Assembly: GCA_964016885.1 (NCBI GenBank)
Contig: OZ024753.1
Span: 43,152,001-43,216,000, forward strand
DNA: 64,000 nucleotides
Direction of reading: 5' to 3'
Origin: Eledone cirrhosa
Taxonomy: Eukaryota
Part shown: piece after piece, positions 25,401-39,929 of the stretch
How the letters are laid out: the number at the start of each line of letters is the position of its first letter
Numbering within the stretch: the first letter of the stretch is position 1
The notes under the pieces: model-generated
The model's database searches: none
What the model saw: only the letters and a program-made list of their open reading frames with translations
What the model was told of the DNA's origin: nothing
Program-made: the position numbers and the translations under genes

Positions 25401-26232
25401 GGTGCCAGGTAAAGTCCTCAGTGAAGTTGCTAGTGACAGAGCGTTGCTATCATCCACGGCAATGCCATGAAAGTATTGCCTCAGCTCAGAATATATTAGA
25501 ATTACATATTCTTCTGTTGGGACATGTAATTCAGTCAGCTTGTCTTTCTCTTACTTTTCTTCTCTTTGTTTCCTCTTTTTTTTCCTTCCTTTTCTCTGAT
25601 AACATATCTTTCTATTTTTGCAAATTGTTAATTTTCTGATAATATATGTAAATAAAAGTTTGTACATGTAGAGTTATTCATAACAACCACAAAACAGCTA
25701 AAGTATTTAATATCCATCTATGAATGCATATCAATATACATTCATTCATAAAAATTTTTTTGAAATGTATGAATTTGTAAAGGAGTAATGTAGTAACTGG
25801 GAAGAACACGGTGGCTGGGAGAATAGGGTGGCTGTGAGAATGAGATGGCTGTGAGAATGAGATGGCTGGGAGAATAGGGTGGCTGTGAGAATGGGCAGCT
25901 GGGGTGTATAGGGAAGAAGGAGAGGAGAGAAAGGGAATCTTAATCAAAATTCATATTTGAAATGAAGGTGAGTAACAGAGAGAAGCGATGGAGAGAGAAA
26001 GAGTTAAATAGATAAAGGAAATTGATGTCACATTATAACATGTGACCAATTACACACAGCAGGCAATAAATCACATGACCAAAGTACACAATATTTTTCT
26101 GTTATATAATTATTATTATATTTTCCTTTTTATTACTAGTGGGATATTATGAATGCTAAAGAAATGTAAAAATGTGTTTTGAAACAGAATAAAATTGTTG
26201 CTTATATATATATATATATATATAATAGATAG

Positions 26233-26278
<46 letters not shown>

Positions 26279-26309
26279 GATAGCTAGATAGATAATAGAT
26301 AGCTAGATA

Positions 26310-27285
26310 GACTGGCAACTGAAGCTGGCTGTGGACAAGTGTACCACCATGCATTTTGGAAGGAAAAATCCAGCGTCCACATACTCCCTCCACAACACTG
26401 ATATCAAAAAGTCCTCTTGTGAACGTGACCTGGGCATTACTGTCAGCAACGATTTGCGTTGGACAAAGCATGTCTCTAAGATTGTCAAGAAGGCCGAGGG
26501 TGTCTTGGCATCACTCAGCAAGACCTTTGTTAGCCGCTCTCCAGCCATCTATTTAAAACTGTATACAGCTATGGTGCGACCACACTTGGAATTCGCATCA
26601 TCAGTCTGGAACCCCTATCTTGCTCGGAACATTGACCTCCTGGAAACTGTTCAGAGACGTGCAACCAAGCGCATACCCTCCATCAGACACCTACCATACT
26701 CTGAACGCCTTGCTTCCCTGGGCATGGATTCATTGAAGCTCCGACGTCTGGCAATGGACTTGGTGAATACCCACAAAGTTTTTAACCATCTCGCCAATTG
26801 CAACCCTGAGCGCCTCTTTGATCTCCATGTGTCTAACACACGTGGACACAAGATCAGAAAACAGCACAGCTCCCATGACTTTCGTAGACATTTTTTCACG
26901 CTCAGAGTTGCTGAAGCATGGAACAAACTGCCTGCATCAATTGTTAGCTGCCGAGACACTGCATCCTTTAAGACACTCATGCTTCCCGAAATACGCCAAA
27001 ACTACACCTGATGTACCCCTTCCATACACATGCACACGTGTGTATCATGACTTGTGCACTTTTCATTTTACTGATGTTTGTGCATTGCCCTATGTACTGT
27101 ACATGCACTTTTTTGATGAGTTGTGGTGCACCTGGGCACTGTACACAATATTTCATTATTGTTATTATATCATGACTCATACACTGTTCATTTTCCTGAC
27201 ATTTGTACATTATTCTATGTACTATACATGCACCTTTGATGAGTTGTAATGCACCTGTGCACTGTACACAATAATTTCATTATTA
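26310..27285 (+). mobile_element. CR1-clade LINE, 5'-truncated, with duplicated 3' tail
   Basis: Open ORF2 C-terminus. The tail gatgagttgt..gcacctg.gcactgtacacaata occurs twice. Confidence 0.92.
26331..27011 (+). CDS. Partial CR1 ORF2 (RT C-terminal region)
   Basis: ERDLGITV, VRPHLEFASSVWNP, LETVQRRATK, YSERL and FFTLRVAEAWNKLP motifs. Confidence 0.75.
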   Translation: MDKCTTMHFGRKNPASTYSLHNTDIKKSSCERDLGITVSNDLRWTKHVSKIVKKAEGVLASLSKTFVSRSPAIYLKLYTAMVRPHLEFASSVWNPYLARNIDLLETVQRRATKRIPSIRHLPYSERLASLGMDSLKLRRLAMDLVNTHKVFNHLANCNPERLFDLHVSNTRGHKIRKQHSSHDFRRHFFTLRVAEAWNKLPASIVSCRDTASFKTLMLPEIRQNYT

Positions 27286-27413
27286 TATAGATATACATAT
27301 ATAGCCAACAATTTTCTCAGCTATTATTTATAAAGATTGATTATTATTATGATCATTCACATTGGGTTGCTCACATTTCAAATGCCATACTATAGGAATT
27401 CCTATATGCTGAT

Positions 27414-27565
<152 letters not shown>

Positions 27566-27612
27566 ATATTAATTCAAAATATTAACAAAATAGATATTCT
27601 TGTGATCAAGTA

Positions 27613-27679
27613 TATTTTATTATACATTTTTCAGAGGTACTGAGTTAAGTTCAACAGTACGTCCTCATCAGATAAAATA
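27613..27679 (-). ncRNA. Type I hammerhead motif (family 8)
   Basis: tattttat-CTGATGA-gga.gtactg..cagtac.tct-GAAA-aatgta-TA-ataaaata. Confidence 0.7.
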
Positions 27680-27760
27680 AGATGATGTCGAGTGCTTCCA
27701 ATCTATTGTAAAACTCATTCTTTGATGTATTCATTGAACCTTGTTTAACTTTTAAATATA

Positions 27761-27822
<62 letters not shown>

Positions 27823-28013
27823 CTTATATATCTCCACCCTTGCTGGCAGGGAACACAGATATTGAACAATAACATATATATGTCATCCCACGGTGTATGT
27901 ATATATATATACACATACACATACATCAGTACATATGCACATATATATATATATATACACACACATATATATCTATATACACATACACATACTTCAGTAC
28001 ATATGCACATATA

Positions 28014-28062
<49 letters not shown>

Positions 28063-28098
28063 ATATATAGATAATATATACATGTATGTATATATGTG

Positions 28099-28150
<52 letters not shown>

Positions 28151-28859
28151 TATATATATACATACATGTATATATTATCTCCCACTATATATATGTATAT
28201 ATGTATGTATATACTATCTATATGTGTATGTATATATATATATACACCTCTGAAAACATTATACTATTTTTCATAATGATTCTATCTTTTAAATTTATTA
28301 CATGTAATCAATTCTTGATATAAGTTTTTAGTGAGAATATCAATGAGAAAGATCTAAGCAACTCTCCATACTATAAACTATAGAGAATTAATTTTGAAAT
28401 AATTCTATATATGTAAATGTTTAGGAGACGTGCTTAAGACATCTATTAGAGAAATCGGCCGACAAAATTAATCTTTGATGTTGATTTCGATAAAGTTGAT
28501 GTAAAGAACATTTGCTAGAATTTAGTTTTCAAGTATGTAGAATTGTAGAAAAATAAAAATATCATCTCATTCATAAAGAAACATGGTGGTATTGATTTAA
28601 TGTATATTTGAAATTGAGTATGGGGGCGTTGTGTGGAGTGTGGGGTGTGTAGTATGTTGTCTGTTATGTAGAGTATAGTATGTAGTGTATAGTATGTAGT
28701 GTATAATATGTAGTGTGTTGTGTATAATATGTAGTGTGTTGTGTATAGCCAGGTGGTGCTATTAAGTTAGACATGGCCTGGGCCAATACTGGCCGAAACC
28801 TATCAAAGTTGTCAAAGTTATAGTATGTTGCGTCATATTAGTTGTGTATAGTATGCAGT

Positions 28860-29534
28860 GTGTTGTGTTTAATTTGTAATATATAGTGTGTAATATGTAG
28901 TGTGTGGTGTGTAATATCTAGTGTGTGGTGTGTAATATGTAGTGTGTAATATGTAGTGTGTGGTGTGTAATATGTAGTGTGTAATATGTAGTGTGTGGTG
29001 TGTAATATGTAGTGTGTAGTGTGTAATATGTAGTGTGTGGTGTGTAGTGTGTAATATGTAGTGTGCGGTGTGTAGTATGTGGCGTGTAGTGTGTGGTGTG
29101 TAATATGTAGTGTGTGGTGTGTAATATGTAGTGTGTAATATGTAGTGTGTGGTGTGTAATATGTAGTGTGTGGTGTGTAATATGTAGTGTGTGGTGTGTA
29201 ATATCTAGTGTGTGGTGTGTAATATCTAGTGTGCGGTGTGTAATATATAGTGTGTAATATACAGTGTGTGGTGTGTAATATGTAGTGTGTAATATACAGT
29301 GTGTGGTGTGTAATATGTAGTGTGTAATATACAGTGTGTGGTGTGTAATATATAGTGTGTAATATACAGTGTGTGGTGTGTAATATGTAGTGTGTAATAT
29401 ACAGTGTGTGGTGTGTAATATGTAGTGTGTAATATACAGTGTGTGGTGTGTAATATGTAGTGTGTAATATACAGTGTGTGGTGTGTAATATGTAGTGTGT
29501 AATATACAGTGTGTGGTGTGTAATATGTAGTGTG
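28860..29534. repeat. 21/35-bp GT-rich minisatellite
   Basis: Units tgtagtgtgtggtgtgtaata and a 35-bp higher-order variant. Confidence 0.9.
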
Positions 29535-29654
29535 TCGCTGAAGCTCACCGAGGAGATGACAAAGGACCGTGACAAGTGGAGAGATGCTGTGCTGAATAGG
29601 ACCCGTCCCACCCTTGCAAGCAGGGAAAAGTGGACGTAAAATGATGATGATGAT
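29535..29654 (+). mobile_element. Short RTE 3' end
   Basis: Near-identical to the reverse complement of 13516-13640. Confidence 0.9.
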
Positions 29655-30304
29655 ATATATAAATTCACACACATACACACAGGTGTTACATGTCATGCTA
29701 ATCTCACGTTGAGTGTGCATGTGTCTGTAAAATGCTCAGTCACTTCCACGTTAATTTCACGAACAGGTTGTTCCATCGTTCAAACAACCGGAACTCTTGT
29801 CGTTAAAACCCTTGTACATCCTATGCACACACACACACAAACATTATACATATATATATATATGTATGTATGTATGTGTATATATATATGTATGCCAGCA
29901 TGGAAAAATGGACATTAAACTGTGATGATGATGATATTTATGTGTGTATATATATATAAATATATATATATATGTGGGTGTGTGTGTGTGTGTTATATAT
30001 TCATACATGTGTGAGGTGTGTATATATTAAAGCAATTTATTCATGCTATCATATTGTGATAATGAGAAAGATAGGCTTTGTATGTGAATAGTGGTAGCGA
30101 GAGAAATATCCCTGACCGATTATATCACCAGAGCGGAGAAAGCTATTAGCAATTCATAATAATTCATAATGGCTTATTTAAGTAGTTCATTAATAATTGC
30201 TTGGCAATGTGGAAGATCATAAAACTACAAAAATAAGAAATATTGCTCAAACAAGACAAAATGCCCAAATTTTGTTGCCATCGTCTTGGACCAAACTAGA
30301 GAAG

Positions 30305-30428
30305 TTTGGTTAAAATTTAGAAAATATAAGTTTGGTTAAGGTAAAATTTAGAAAATATAAGTTTGGTTAAGGTAAAATTTAGAAAATATAAGTTTGGTTA
30401 AGGTAAAATTTAGAAAATATAAGTTTAC
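30305..30428. repeat. 31-bp tandem repeat (~4 copies)
   Basis: aagtttggttaaggtaaaatttagaaaatat. Confidence 0.9.
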
Positions 30429-30509
30429 AAAAGTGAAAATTTGTTTGTTTGTTTGATGTTTCTGGTGGGGACTGGGGAAGCTGCCATAATGTAGATGAAC
30501 TAATCAATA

Positions 30510-30670
30510 AGAGTTTCTAATTTAGGAACAAGGCTAGTAATTTGAAAGGCATGGGGAAAATCAATTATATTGATACCAGTACTTGACTGGTACAATATTT
30601 TATCAACCTATGAAAGAGAAAGTTGATCTTGGCAGAATTTGAACCCAGAAAGTAAAGAGCTGGGACAAAT
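30510..30670 (-). mobile_element. Degenerate SINE family A
   Basis: tttctaatttaggaacaaggc..ctggtac..ggcagaatttgaacccag. Confidence 0.6.
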
Positions 30671-30674
30671 GTTG

Positions 30675-31235
30675 CAGTTGTACATGTTTGGTTAGTGACT
30701 TGATCTGAGACTGTGTTGTAACTAAAAAAATTATATCAAGAAAGAGTCAAGACAGTTGAATATGTTTGGTCAGTGATTTGATCTAAGCCTGTGTTTTGAA
30801 ACTAAAACAATTACATCATAGAAGAGTCATTTAAGCCACAGTTGTACATGTCTGGTAAGTGACTTGATCTGAGACTGTGTTGAAACTATAGTAATTACAT
30901 CGTAGAAGAGTCATTTAAGCCACAGTTGTACATGTCTGGTAAGTGACTTGATCTGAGACTGTGTTGAAACTATAGTAATTACATCGTAGAAGAGTCATTT
31001 GAGCCACAGTTGTACATGTCTGGTAAGTGACTTGATCTGAGACTGTGTTGAAACTATAGTAATTACATCGTAGAAGAGTCATTTAAGCCACAGTTGTACA
31101 TGTCTGGTAAGTGACTTGATCTGAGACTGTGTTGAAACTAAAACAATTACATCATAGAAGAGTCATTTAAGCCACAGTTGTACATGTCTGGTAAGTGACT
31201 TGATCTGAGACTGTGTTGAAACTATAGTAATTATA
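30675..31235. repeat. 84-bp minisatellite (~6.7 copies)
   Basis: gccacagttgtacatgtctgg at 30835, 30919, 31003 and onward. Confidence 0.95.
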
Positions 31236-32629
31236 ATGTGTAAGAAACATTTTACCAACTAAAACACACAAAAATTGTTACATACACATGGTTTTTCTTT
31301 GATGTTAGGACAATACCATCTGATTTTCATTCTGCCAGGAATTGCGACTGACTGATAGTATCAGTAATGGAAAGATTAATGGAAATATAGTTTTCTTGGA
31401 CTGATTTGAAAACCAACCCTCTTTTCCTTTTCTTGCTCTTGATTAAGACACTAAGCTATTTTAGGTTAACTACTACACTGCACGATATAAAGGAAGTGAA
31501 GAGATAAAGTAGTTGACTCAGACATATTAATAGATTAACTTTTTAGACTGAAATCTATCGAAAAACTTCAGTTAAATAAACTAAAAAGTAAGTGACATAA
31601 AGTACGTGGCTATATAATACAATATTTATTATAGATTGTGGAAAGGGGGAATCTAGAATTGGAAAGTCAGGAAGTCAGCAGTTTAGCTATGCAACCTACT
31701 TATCAAATCCATATATCCGAAACACATTTATGTATGTAAATCTGTTAGATATTTCTTGCCTTTGTTAGCCAACGCAGGCCAGTTCAATAAACAGACTATA
31801 ACATGCTGTTCTTTATTGCATTTTAATGATAACGGATGTAAAAGTGGTTTGTCTAGGTTAGATAATAAATTTCTTTCATGGACTTCATCCAAATATGATT
31901 ACTTTTGTTAGTAGTGTGATACAAACTTATTTGGCCATATTTTAATACCAGCTGTAATAAATGTTGCCGGCCAACTACTGCGTTTGTTACAACCCACTGC
32001 TTTTCAACCCTATCCCATACCCACACTCTCTCTCGACTCTCCTCTACCCCCCTCCTCTCTCATATTATTACTCTCCTTATACGCTGCTTTGAATTCCCAT
32101 CTAGTCTACTTGACAATCTGATCAGGCACTTTGAAGCTTCTGTATGTTCGTACACAGGGAAGGTTGTCATGTCTTTGACACAACTTAGGGTCCTCCAAAC
32201 CCTTTATTTAGCAAGCTTTCTATGGCTGGATGCCCTTATACATAAAATAAGGTTTCATTTTGATGCTATTATCAAGAAATTGCTGGAAAAATCTCTTGTT
32301 CTATTCAACAGGCTCGCAAAAGAATTGGAGCACAGAAGTTATAATTTAATATTTATAAAAGGTTTCTGTGGTTTGCAATGGGAAATCCATCATATCCCAG
32401 TGGTAAAATCCATCATTAGTAGTATAAGGAATACCAATACTTTATCTAAGTAGAATTAATTTGTCCCAGAACACTTTATCAATGATCAAATGATTACTGA
32501 CGGCATATGCTCTGTGTCTGCTTAACAGAGACCCTCTTTCTATTTTTTTGTTAGTCACTAGATATAAACGATGGTAAAGTGAATTTAGTCTAACCTGAAT
32601 TGAAGTTCCAGTTAGTCATGAATATAAAA

Positions 32630-32953
32630 CATGGATGAACTGAGGGAGAAACTGGGTGTAAGAGAAATCAGAAGTAGTGTACAGGAGAGAAGACTGTGTT
32701 GGTACGGATATGTGATGCGTATGGATGATGATTGAGGAGGGATGAAGTGCCAAGCAATCCCAGTGGAGAGGAGCTGTAGTAGAAGAAGAGTAAGGGAAAC
32801 CTAAATGGAAATGGTGAGAGCTGATGTCAGATAGCTAAAAGTTACAGAAGAGATGATGAAGGAATGTGATAAGTGGAGAGATGCTGCACTGAGAAGGACC
32901 TGTCCAACTCTTGAAAGCATGGAACAACAGACATAAAATTATGACGATGATGA
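32630..32953 (+). mobile_element. Decayed RTE 3' end
   Basis: caggagagaagactg..tggtacggatatgtgatg..aagtggagagatgctg and tail. Confidence 0.8.
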
Positions 32954-33959
32954 ATGCAACACATCTATGCAGTGCACACCAAATTCAACATACAGGACTA
33001 CACAATACAGATCCATTCATTGAAGTACTGTCTATTTTCTGACAGGTCTATCATTAAATCTATAGCAGTCTTGGAATCTTGATCCTCGGACCACCTCCCT
33101 ACTTACTGCTATTAGGGTGACGTTGACCACTGCAGGATTGAGCTTTGTGAGTGAGCTGGACTTGCTCTTTTATTGCATCTCTTTTGCTATCTTCCAAGGT
33201 AAAACCTTGGTAATTCTGTTCTCCACTGGGACCTAGAGATCACACTCACCTGAAGTTAAACCTTGGCAATTCTGTCCTCCCCACTCACCTGAAGTTAAAC
33301 CTTGGTATTTCTGTCCTCCACTGGGATCTAAAGGTCACACTCATCTGAAATTTTACACTTCAGCTGACAAAAATTTCCAAATGAAAGAACACGACAACCA
33401 TTCATTGGTTCATTCACACTGTTAACCATTTGTAACGTTTCTCTAACTAAAGGAGAAATGAAATACAAATATGGATAATTCTATGATTCCAATTGAGTCT
33501 GTGTCACATTCGACTTCCTTTTTAGCTATATCAGCAAATTATATATAGCAGCAATATGGTGGATAATTGGTTAAATGTTTTAAAATGAAAATAATCCCAA
33601 TAAAAGCAAATGTAATAAAGATAACCTGAAACAACTGGTGTCCATCACATGGATATAATAAAAAAAACAACTAACTTCTATCCTATCAATGCTGATTTAG
33701 AAACATAGATAAAATATCCCTTAAGAATAATACTCTTATCTGCTATCATATTCCATGCATGATTTATGTGTGCAAACAGTTTCACATAATTGGAACTAAT
33801 ACAATTTTTATTCCATTTATTGGTATATTTATAACACTGTTGAAAATAAAATTATGTTACTCAAAAATGTTCAAATATATTATTATTATTGTTATAATAT
33901 TTTGTTTAGTTAATGACAGCATCAACTATCTCAATAGGATTTTGGTTTTATTATGCCAG

Positions 33960-34610
33960 ATAGTGTTGTGTTGTGGTGTGGTGTGGTGTGGTGTGGTGTG
34001 TTTGTTGTGTTGTGGTGTTGTGTGTTGTGATGTTGTGTGGTGGCGTGGTGTGTTGTGGCGTGGTGTGTTGTGGTGGTGTGGTGTGTTGTGGTGTTGTATG
34101 GTGGCGTGGTGTGTTGTGTTGTGGTGTTGTGGTGTGGTGTGTTTGTTGTGTTGTGGTGTGGTGTGTTTGTTGTGTTGTGGTGTTGTGTGTTGTGATGTTG
34201 TGTTGTGGTGTTGTGTGTTGTGATGTTGTGTGGTGGCGTGATGTGTTGTGGTGGTGTTGTGGTGTGGTGGCATGGTGTGTTGTGGTGGCGTGGTGTGTTG
34301 TGGTGGTGTGGTGTGATGTTGTGGTGTGGTGTGTTTATTGTGTTGTGGTGTGTTGTGTGGTGGTGTGGTGTGGTGTGGTATGGTGTGTTGTGGTGGTGTT
34401 GAGTAATGTGTTGGGTGTTGTAGTGCTGTATTATGTTGTGTGTTGGGTTTTGTACTGTGTTATGTTGTGTGCTGTGTTGTGGTGCTGTGTTGTATGTGTT
34501 GTGTGGTGTGCTGTGTTGTGTGCTGTGTGTTTTGTGTTTTGGTGTGTTGTATGCTCTGTGTTGTGTTGTGTTATGTTGTGTTATGTTATGCTGTGTTGGG
34601 TGTTGTGGTG
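33960..34610. repeat. TG/TTG/TGG low-complexity tract
   Basis: Direct inspection. Confidence 0.9.
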
Positions 34611-34703
34611 CTAGGATAGTTAAGTATAATTAGTTACAACAGTGGCATATACAGGTATTTAAGTTTCATGTTTCATTGGGTTATACACCCCAACTCATTT
34701 AGG

Positions 34704-34761
<58 letters not shown>

Positions 34762-34766
<5 letters not shown>

Positions 34767-35166
34767 ATACTTGGGGAGGGTCATATTTGTGTAATAATAT
34801 TGCCAGAATTAATAACAGAACACACTCACTGTTTGGTTGGTTTTCACTTCTGTCTTTTATATCGGTTAATTTAATTCGGTCCTCAATGTTGTCATTGACT
34901 GAGCAACGGTCAAAAATACAGATACAATATAGACACAAACACATATATATAGTCTATCAAAGTTCTTTCGTTGCACATCTGCAACATCATCAGTGGTGCT
35001 ATTATCTTTCCTCCTGTTGTATTGTATGCTTACGCCATCTTTATTTAGTCTGTTTATTTATTTATTTATTTGTTTATACTTCTCTTAGGTCAGTGTTGTT
35101 TGTTTGGGTGTTGTTGTTATTCCATTCATTTTTCTGTTTAGCCTTCTAAGTTCTATTTCATCGCCG

Positions 35167-35205
<39 letters not shown>

Positions 35206-35322
35206 TATAAACTATGGAGATATAAAAGATACAGAAGCGAAAACCAACCAAACAGTGAATTTGTTCTGTTATTATTTCTGGCAATATTATTGCAACAATA
35301 TGACCCTCCCCAAGTATAACGA
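34762..35322. mobile_element. Family 7: long minus copy plus short inverted plus copy in TA tracts
   Basis: 34762-34862 is the reverse complement of 35220-35322. HHR-like core on minus at 34966-34993. Confidence 0.75.
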
Positions 35323-36064
35323 TATATATATATATAATGTTTGATGATTTAGTGTTAAAGAATAAAACCTTTAAGGACGAGGGCCCCTGAGAATATGTGG
35401 CCCTAAACTATAGCTTATTTAGTTTATAGTTAAGTCTAGCAGTGGTTGCCTGGTCCGGGAATCAAACACACAACCTTAACATCATGCGACTAACAACATC
35501 CTAACCACTAAACTAATACAGCTACATAGGATTTAAACAAAATGCCACAGAATAGATATTATTTCAGTCATTTTGGAAATGAACATAGCTAATTTATTGT
35601 TGTGCTTTAGCTGGAATATTCTCCAGCTATTTAACTAGTATATTAGGTTAGTATGTTCGATTTCTCTTTACATTAGTGTGCGTGATTAACAATGAACCAA
35701 CAAGAAGTTGTATGATATTGATGTCCACATTATTGAAACAAGATATATGTTTGATTATTTAATATTATCACCTAACTAGTTTCATACTAGATAATTAAAG
35801 GAGTGTCATGCAATAGATTATTCATACAACAACACAGAAGTATTAGCAAATGTGGTTTCATGTTGAGAGATATAGTTTCTTCTCACAGCATATCTATCTA
35901 ATGGAGCAAGCAAAGAGGTTTACTTTTTTTACTTTTTATTGTTATTATTTTTATTTATTTATTTATTTATTTATTTATTGATTTGTTATTATTATTATTG
36001 TTATTGTTGTTATTATTATTGTTGTTGTTGTTGTTGTAGTTTCATTTTTTAACAAGATTAGGAT

Positions 36065-36258
36065 AATAATTGTTTCTACTTTAGGCACAAGGCCAGCAAT
36101 TACCCAGTGCATTACTGGTACATTATTTTATCGACCCCCGTAAGGATGAAAGGCAAAGTCAACCGCGGCGGGATTTGAACTCAGATCGTAAAGGGACGTA
36201 ACTCTATGCTGCAAAGCATGGCGTCCGACCCTCTACCGATACTGCCAATCCACCGCCC
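36065..36258 (-). mobile_element. SINE family A, full length
   Basis: TSD-like gattaggataataat / gattaggagaataat. Confidence 0.92.
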
Positions 36259-36520
36259 TGATTAGGAGAATAATAGAACTAGCCTAGTTGTGTAGTATGC
36301 ATGTATGTGTACATACATATGTATGTGTGTGTATGAGTGTATGTATGATTATATGCGTGTATGTATGTATATATGCGTGTATGTATGTATGTACATATAT
36401 ATGTGTATGTATTTAAGTATGTATGTACATATGTATGTATATATGTACGCATATTTGTATGTAAGCATATATGTATGTACGCATATATATATGTACGTAA
36501 GCATATATGTATGTACACAT

Positions 36521-36874
36521 GGAGGCACATGGCTTAGTGGTTAGAGCATTGGCCTTGCAATCGAAAGGTTGTGAGTTCAATTCTCAGACCGGGTGATGTG
36601 TTGTTTCCTTGAGCAAGACACTTTATTTCACATTGCTCCAGTTTACTCAGCTGTAGAAATGAGATGATAGGGACTGGGGTCCCTATCATTCCACTGCAAA
36701 GTGGTCGTGGAGGTGCCACGGCAAAAAAGCACCCAGCACTCACTGAGAAATGAGGTTGGTGTTAGGAAGGGCATCCAGCTGTAGAAATCAAGCCAGAATC
36801 AGTTCCCGTCCCACCCTTGCAAGCAGGAAAAAGCGGACGTAAAATGAAATGATGATGATGATGATGATGATGAT
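36521..36874 (+). mobile_element. Full-length SINE family B
   Basis: Nearly identical to 20928-21263. Confidence 0.92.
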
Positions 36875-37074
36875 GTATATATGTACATATACATATATGT
36901 ATGTACGATATATTACATATACAACATAATTTTCCCAGCTGGGTGGACTTTAGTTATGTTAAATAAAGTGTTTTGCTCAAGGACAACATGGTGATTTTTG
37001 CTGGAATTGAATTCCTAACCTTATCATGATCTAAACTCTCTAATTACTAAGACTAAACCACCTGCCTTCATGGC

Positions 37075-37705
37075 AGACACACCAAACACACATACATACA
37101 GAAAGACATACACACAGAGACACACATACATACGGAAAGACACACACACATACAGAGACACACATACATACAGAAAGACACACACACGTACAGAGACACA
37201 CATACATACAGAAAGACACACACACATACAGAGACACACATACATATGGAAAGACATACACACATACTCATACACACACATATAGACACACACACACACA
37301 CATAAATACACACATTTACATACATACATACATACACACATACTCATACACATACAGATAGGCACACATACATAGACACACACATAAATACACACATATA
37401 CATACATACATATGCACATTCAGACGTACACAAATACATACACATATACACATATACATACATATGCACATTCAGACGTACACAAATACATATGCATATA
37501 CACATATACATACATACATATACACACATGCATACACAGATACTCGCACACATATACATACATTCGCACACATACATACACAAACACATACACAGATACT
37601 CGTACACATATACATACATACACACACATACACATACACACACACACGCATACACACACACACACACACTTACACACACATGCACATTTACATGCGCACA
37701 TACCT
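37075..37705. repeat. CA-rich low-complexity tract
   Basis: Direct inspection. Confidence 0.9.
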
Positions 37706-38282
37706 ATACTGTCATCAATTATTTTAAAACTCAATCAAATTTGTGTTGGTATAATGAAGCTTGTATATAATTAAGACCAACACGAATTCAATCTAGATGT
37801 AGACATTATTATCTATTATTATAAACTCTTGGTCCATAATTGTCCTACTTTAAATGCATGCAGCGGTAATTAAAGCTGTTGTATGCAATTTTATGTTCAC
37901 CATGCTTTATTTTCTTACTGCACTGCTCTCCTATACATTGTAGTACAGCGACAAATAACTAATCTTTATTTATTTATTTATTCACATATTGGAGTTCTGA
38001 GATTTAATGTGATATGTTGTTAATCAAGAGCTGTGAATTGGCAGAGTCGTTAGAAGGTCAGAAGATAGATAATGCTTCATATGTAATCATTATAGCTTTC
38101 TGTGTTCAAACCTGGAGAGAGATAAACACTATATACATTACGATGGTATCTCTACAACTTCATCAAGAGCTCAGAGATTGTAATGTGGCAAAGGATGAAT
38201 AGGGCTTTTTATTTGTTGTTGTAATGCCATGAAAAACTGAAACCATTTCAGTTGCACAAAGATTGAAATGAAAATAGAATAC

Positions 38283-38912
38283 AACTTAGCTGAGCAGTAA
38301 AAACACACCTCTGGCCCTCAGCAGTCTGTCAGTGTCACCTTAGCTGAGTAGGTAAAAACACACCTCTGGTCCTCAAAAGTCTGTTAGTCAGTGTCACCTT
38401 AGCTGAGCAGTAAAACCACACCTCTGGCCCCCAGTCTGTTAATGTCACCTTAACTGAGCAGTAAAAACATACCTCTAGCCCTCAGCAGTATGTTAGTGTC
38501 ACCTTAGATGAGCAGTAAAAACACACCTCTAGCCCTCAGCAGTATGTTAGTGTCACCTTAGCTGTGTAGTAAAAACACACCTCTGGCCCTCAGCAGTATG
38601 TTAGTGTCACCTTAGATGAGCAGTAAAAACACACCTCTAGCCCTCAGCAGTATGTTAGTGTCACCTTAGATGAGCAGTAAAAACACACCTCTGGCCCTCA
38701 GCAGTATGTTAGTGTCACCTTAGCTGTGTAGTAAATACACACCTCTGGCCCTCAGCAGTATGTTAGTGTCACCTTAGATGAGCAGTAAAAACACACCTCT
38801 AGCCCTCAGCAGTATGTTAGTGTCACCTTAGATGAGCAGTAAAAACACACCTCTAGCCCTCAGCAGTATGTTAGTGTCACCTTAGCTGTGTAGTAAAAAC
38901 ACACCTCTGGCC
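38283..38912. repeat. 54-bp minisatellite (~11.5 copies)
   Basis: gtgtcaccttagatgagcagtaaaaacacacctctagccctcagcagtatgtta. Contiguous units, no spacers. Confidence 0.95.
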
Positions 38913-39429
38913 TCAGGAGGATTTGATATTGCAAATAAGTGTGGAAATCATTGAAAAAAATGTACTGTAATTATATATTTCCGTGTTCAAAACATATGTA
39001 AGCAATGGTGAGCTGTAATGATTTCCAGTTGGTATCTTTAAACATGGGAATCACAATGCTAAAATGTCTGTGAGATTGGGTAATGTGCAGGCTATGTTTT
39101 GTTTATGATGTCAACACTTTGGAAAAGATGGTGTTTAAGCATCAGCTTTGATGACAAAGAATGGATGATAGCACCACAGAAAAATAGTGACAATTTTATA
39201 ACAGAGTCCTTGAATATGTACATAATAACCAGCATAAATAGAATTATTTCTATAAGAGACATGACTCAAACAAAGAATTAATTCAAACTGAAGCAGAGAA
39301 CATTTCCTGGATAAACAAATTTAAGCAGAAGAGGCTAACAAAACTAATATTTTACATTTTTTAATTGACATGATTTGATTTTGGGTGAAAGAGGTTTAGC
39401 ATTTTATGGAGTTACTCATTTGATTGCAA

Positions 39430-39497
39430 TATACATAGCTATATACAATAGCTATATACATAGCTATATACAATAGCTATATACAATAGCTATACAC
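39430..39497. repeat. 13-bp tandem repeat
   Basis: atatacaatagct, ~5 copies. Confidence 0.85.
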
Positions 39498-39929
39498 ATG
39501 CTAAGGTTGAACCTTTGTCACAACAGGCTCCTATAATGGAACCCCATGAGAAGAAGGTCAAAGAAAGCCAGGTAAAGAGGGAAAAGGTTGCTTGTACATG
39601 ATTTGTCAATAGAATCACAAAATGAATATATTTCTCATTTTGAAATGTGTAGTCTCTAAAAGATCAAAGACAGGATACTATTCAATAAACATTGATGTAA
39701 CACCCAATTCCGACACATATCCAACAGACATTTATCATACGATATAAATTCAAAGTATAGATATTGTGAGTTTCAGATTCAAGAGAGATTTCTATCATTT
39801 GAAGTTTGTTGTGAGAAAACAGGTTTTCAGATTGGAAACCTGATAAAGGAAACACTGAACAAATATAGTATTCTTGTGGAAGATTGTTTGCCTCAAGGAT
39901 ATAACTATTGTGCTAATATAGCAGCCAAA

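Noticed and set aside
32169-32453. 94-aa ORF in non-repetitive sequence
   Set aside because: No recognisable domain, and it includes a SINE-like fragment (ctatggctggatgccctt).
38283-38912. CRISPR-like appearance of the 54-bp array (also the 84-bp, 37-bp and 24-bp arrays)
   Set aside because: Units are contiguous with no unique spacers, there are no cas genes, and the context is eukaryotic.
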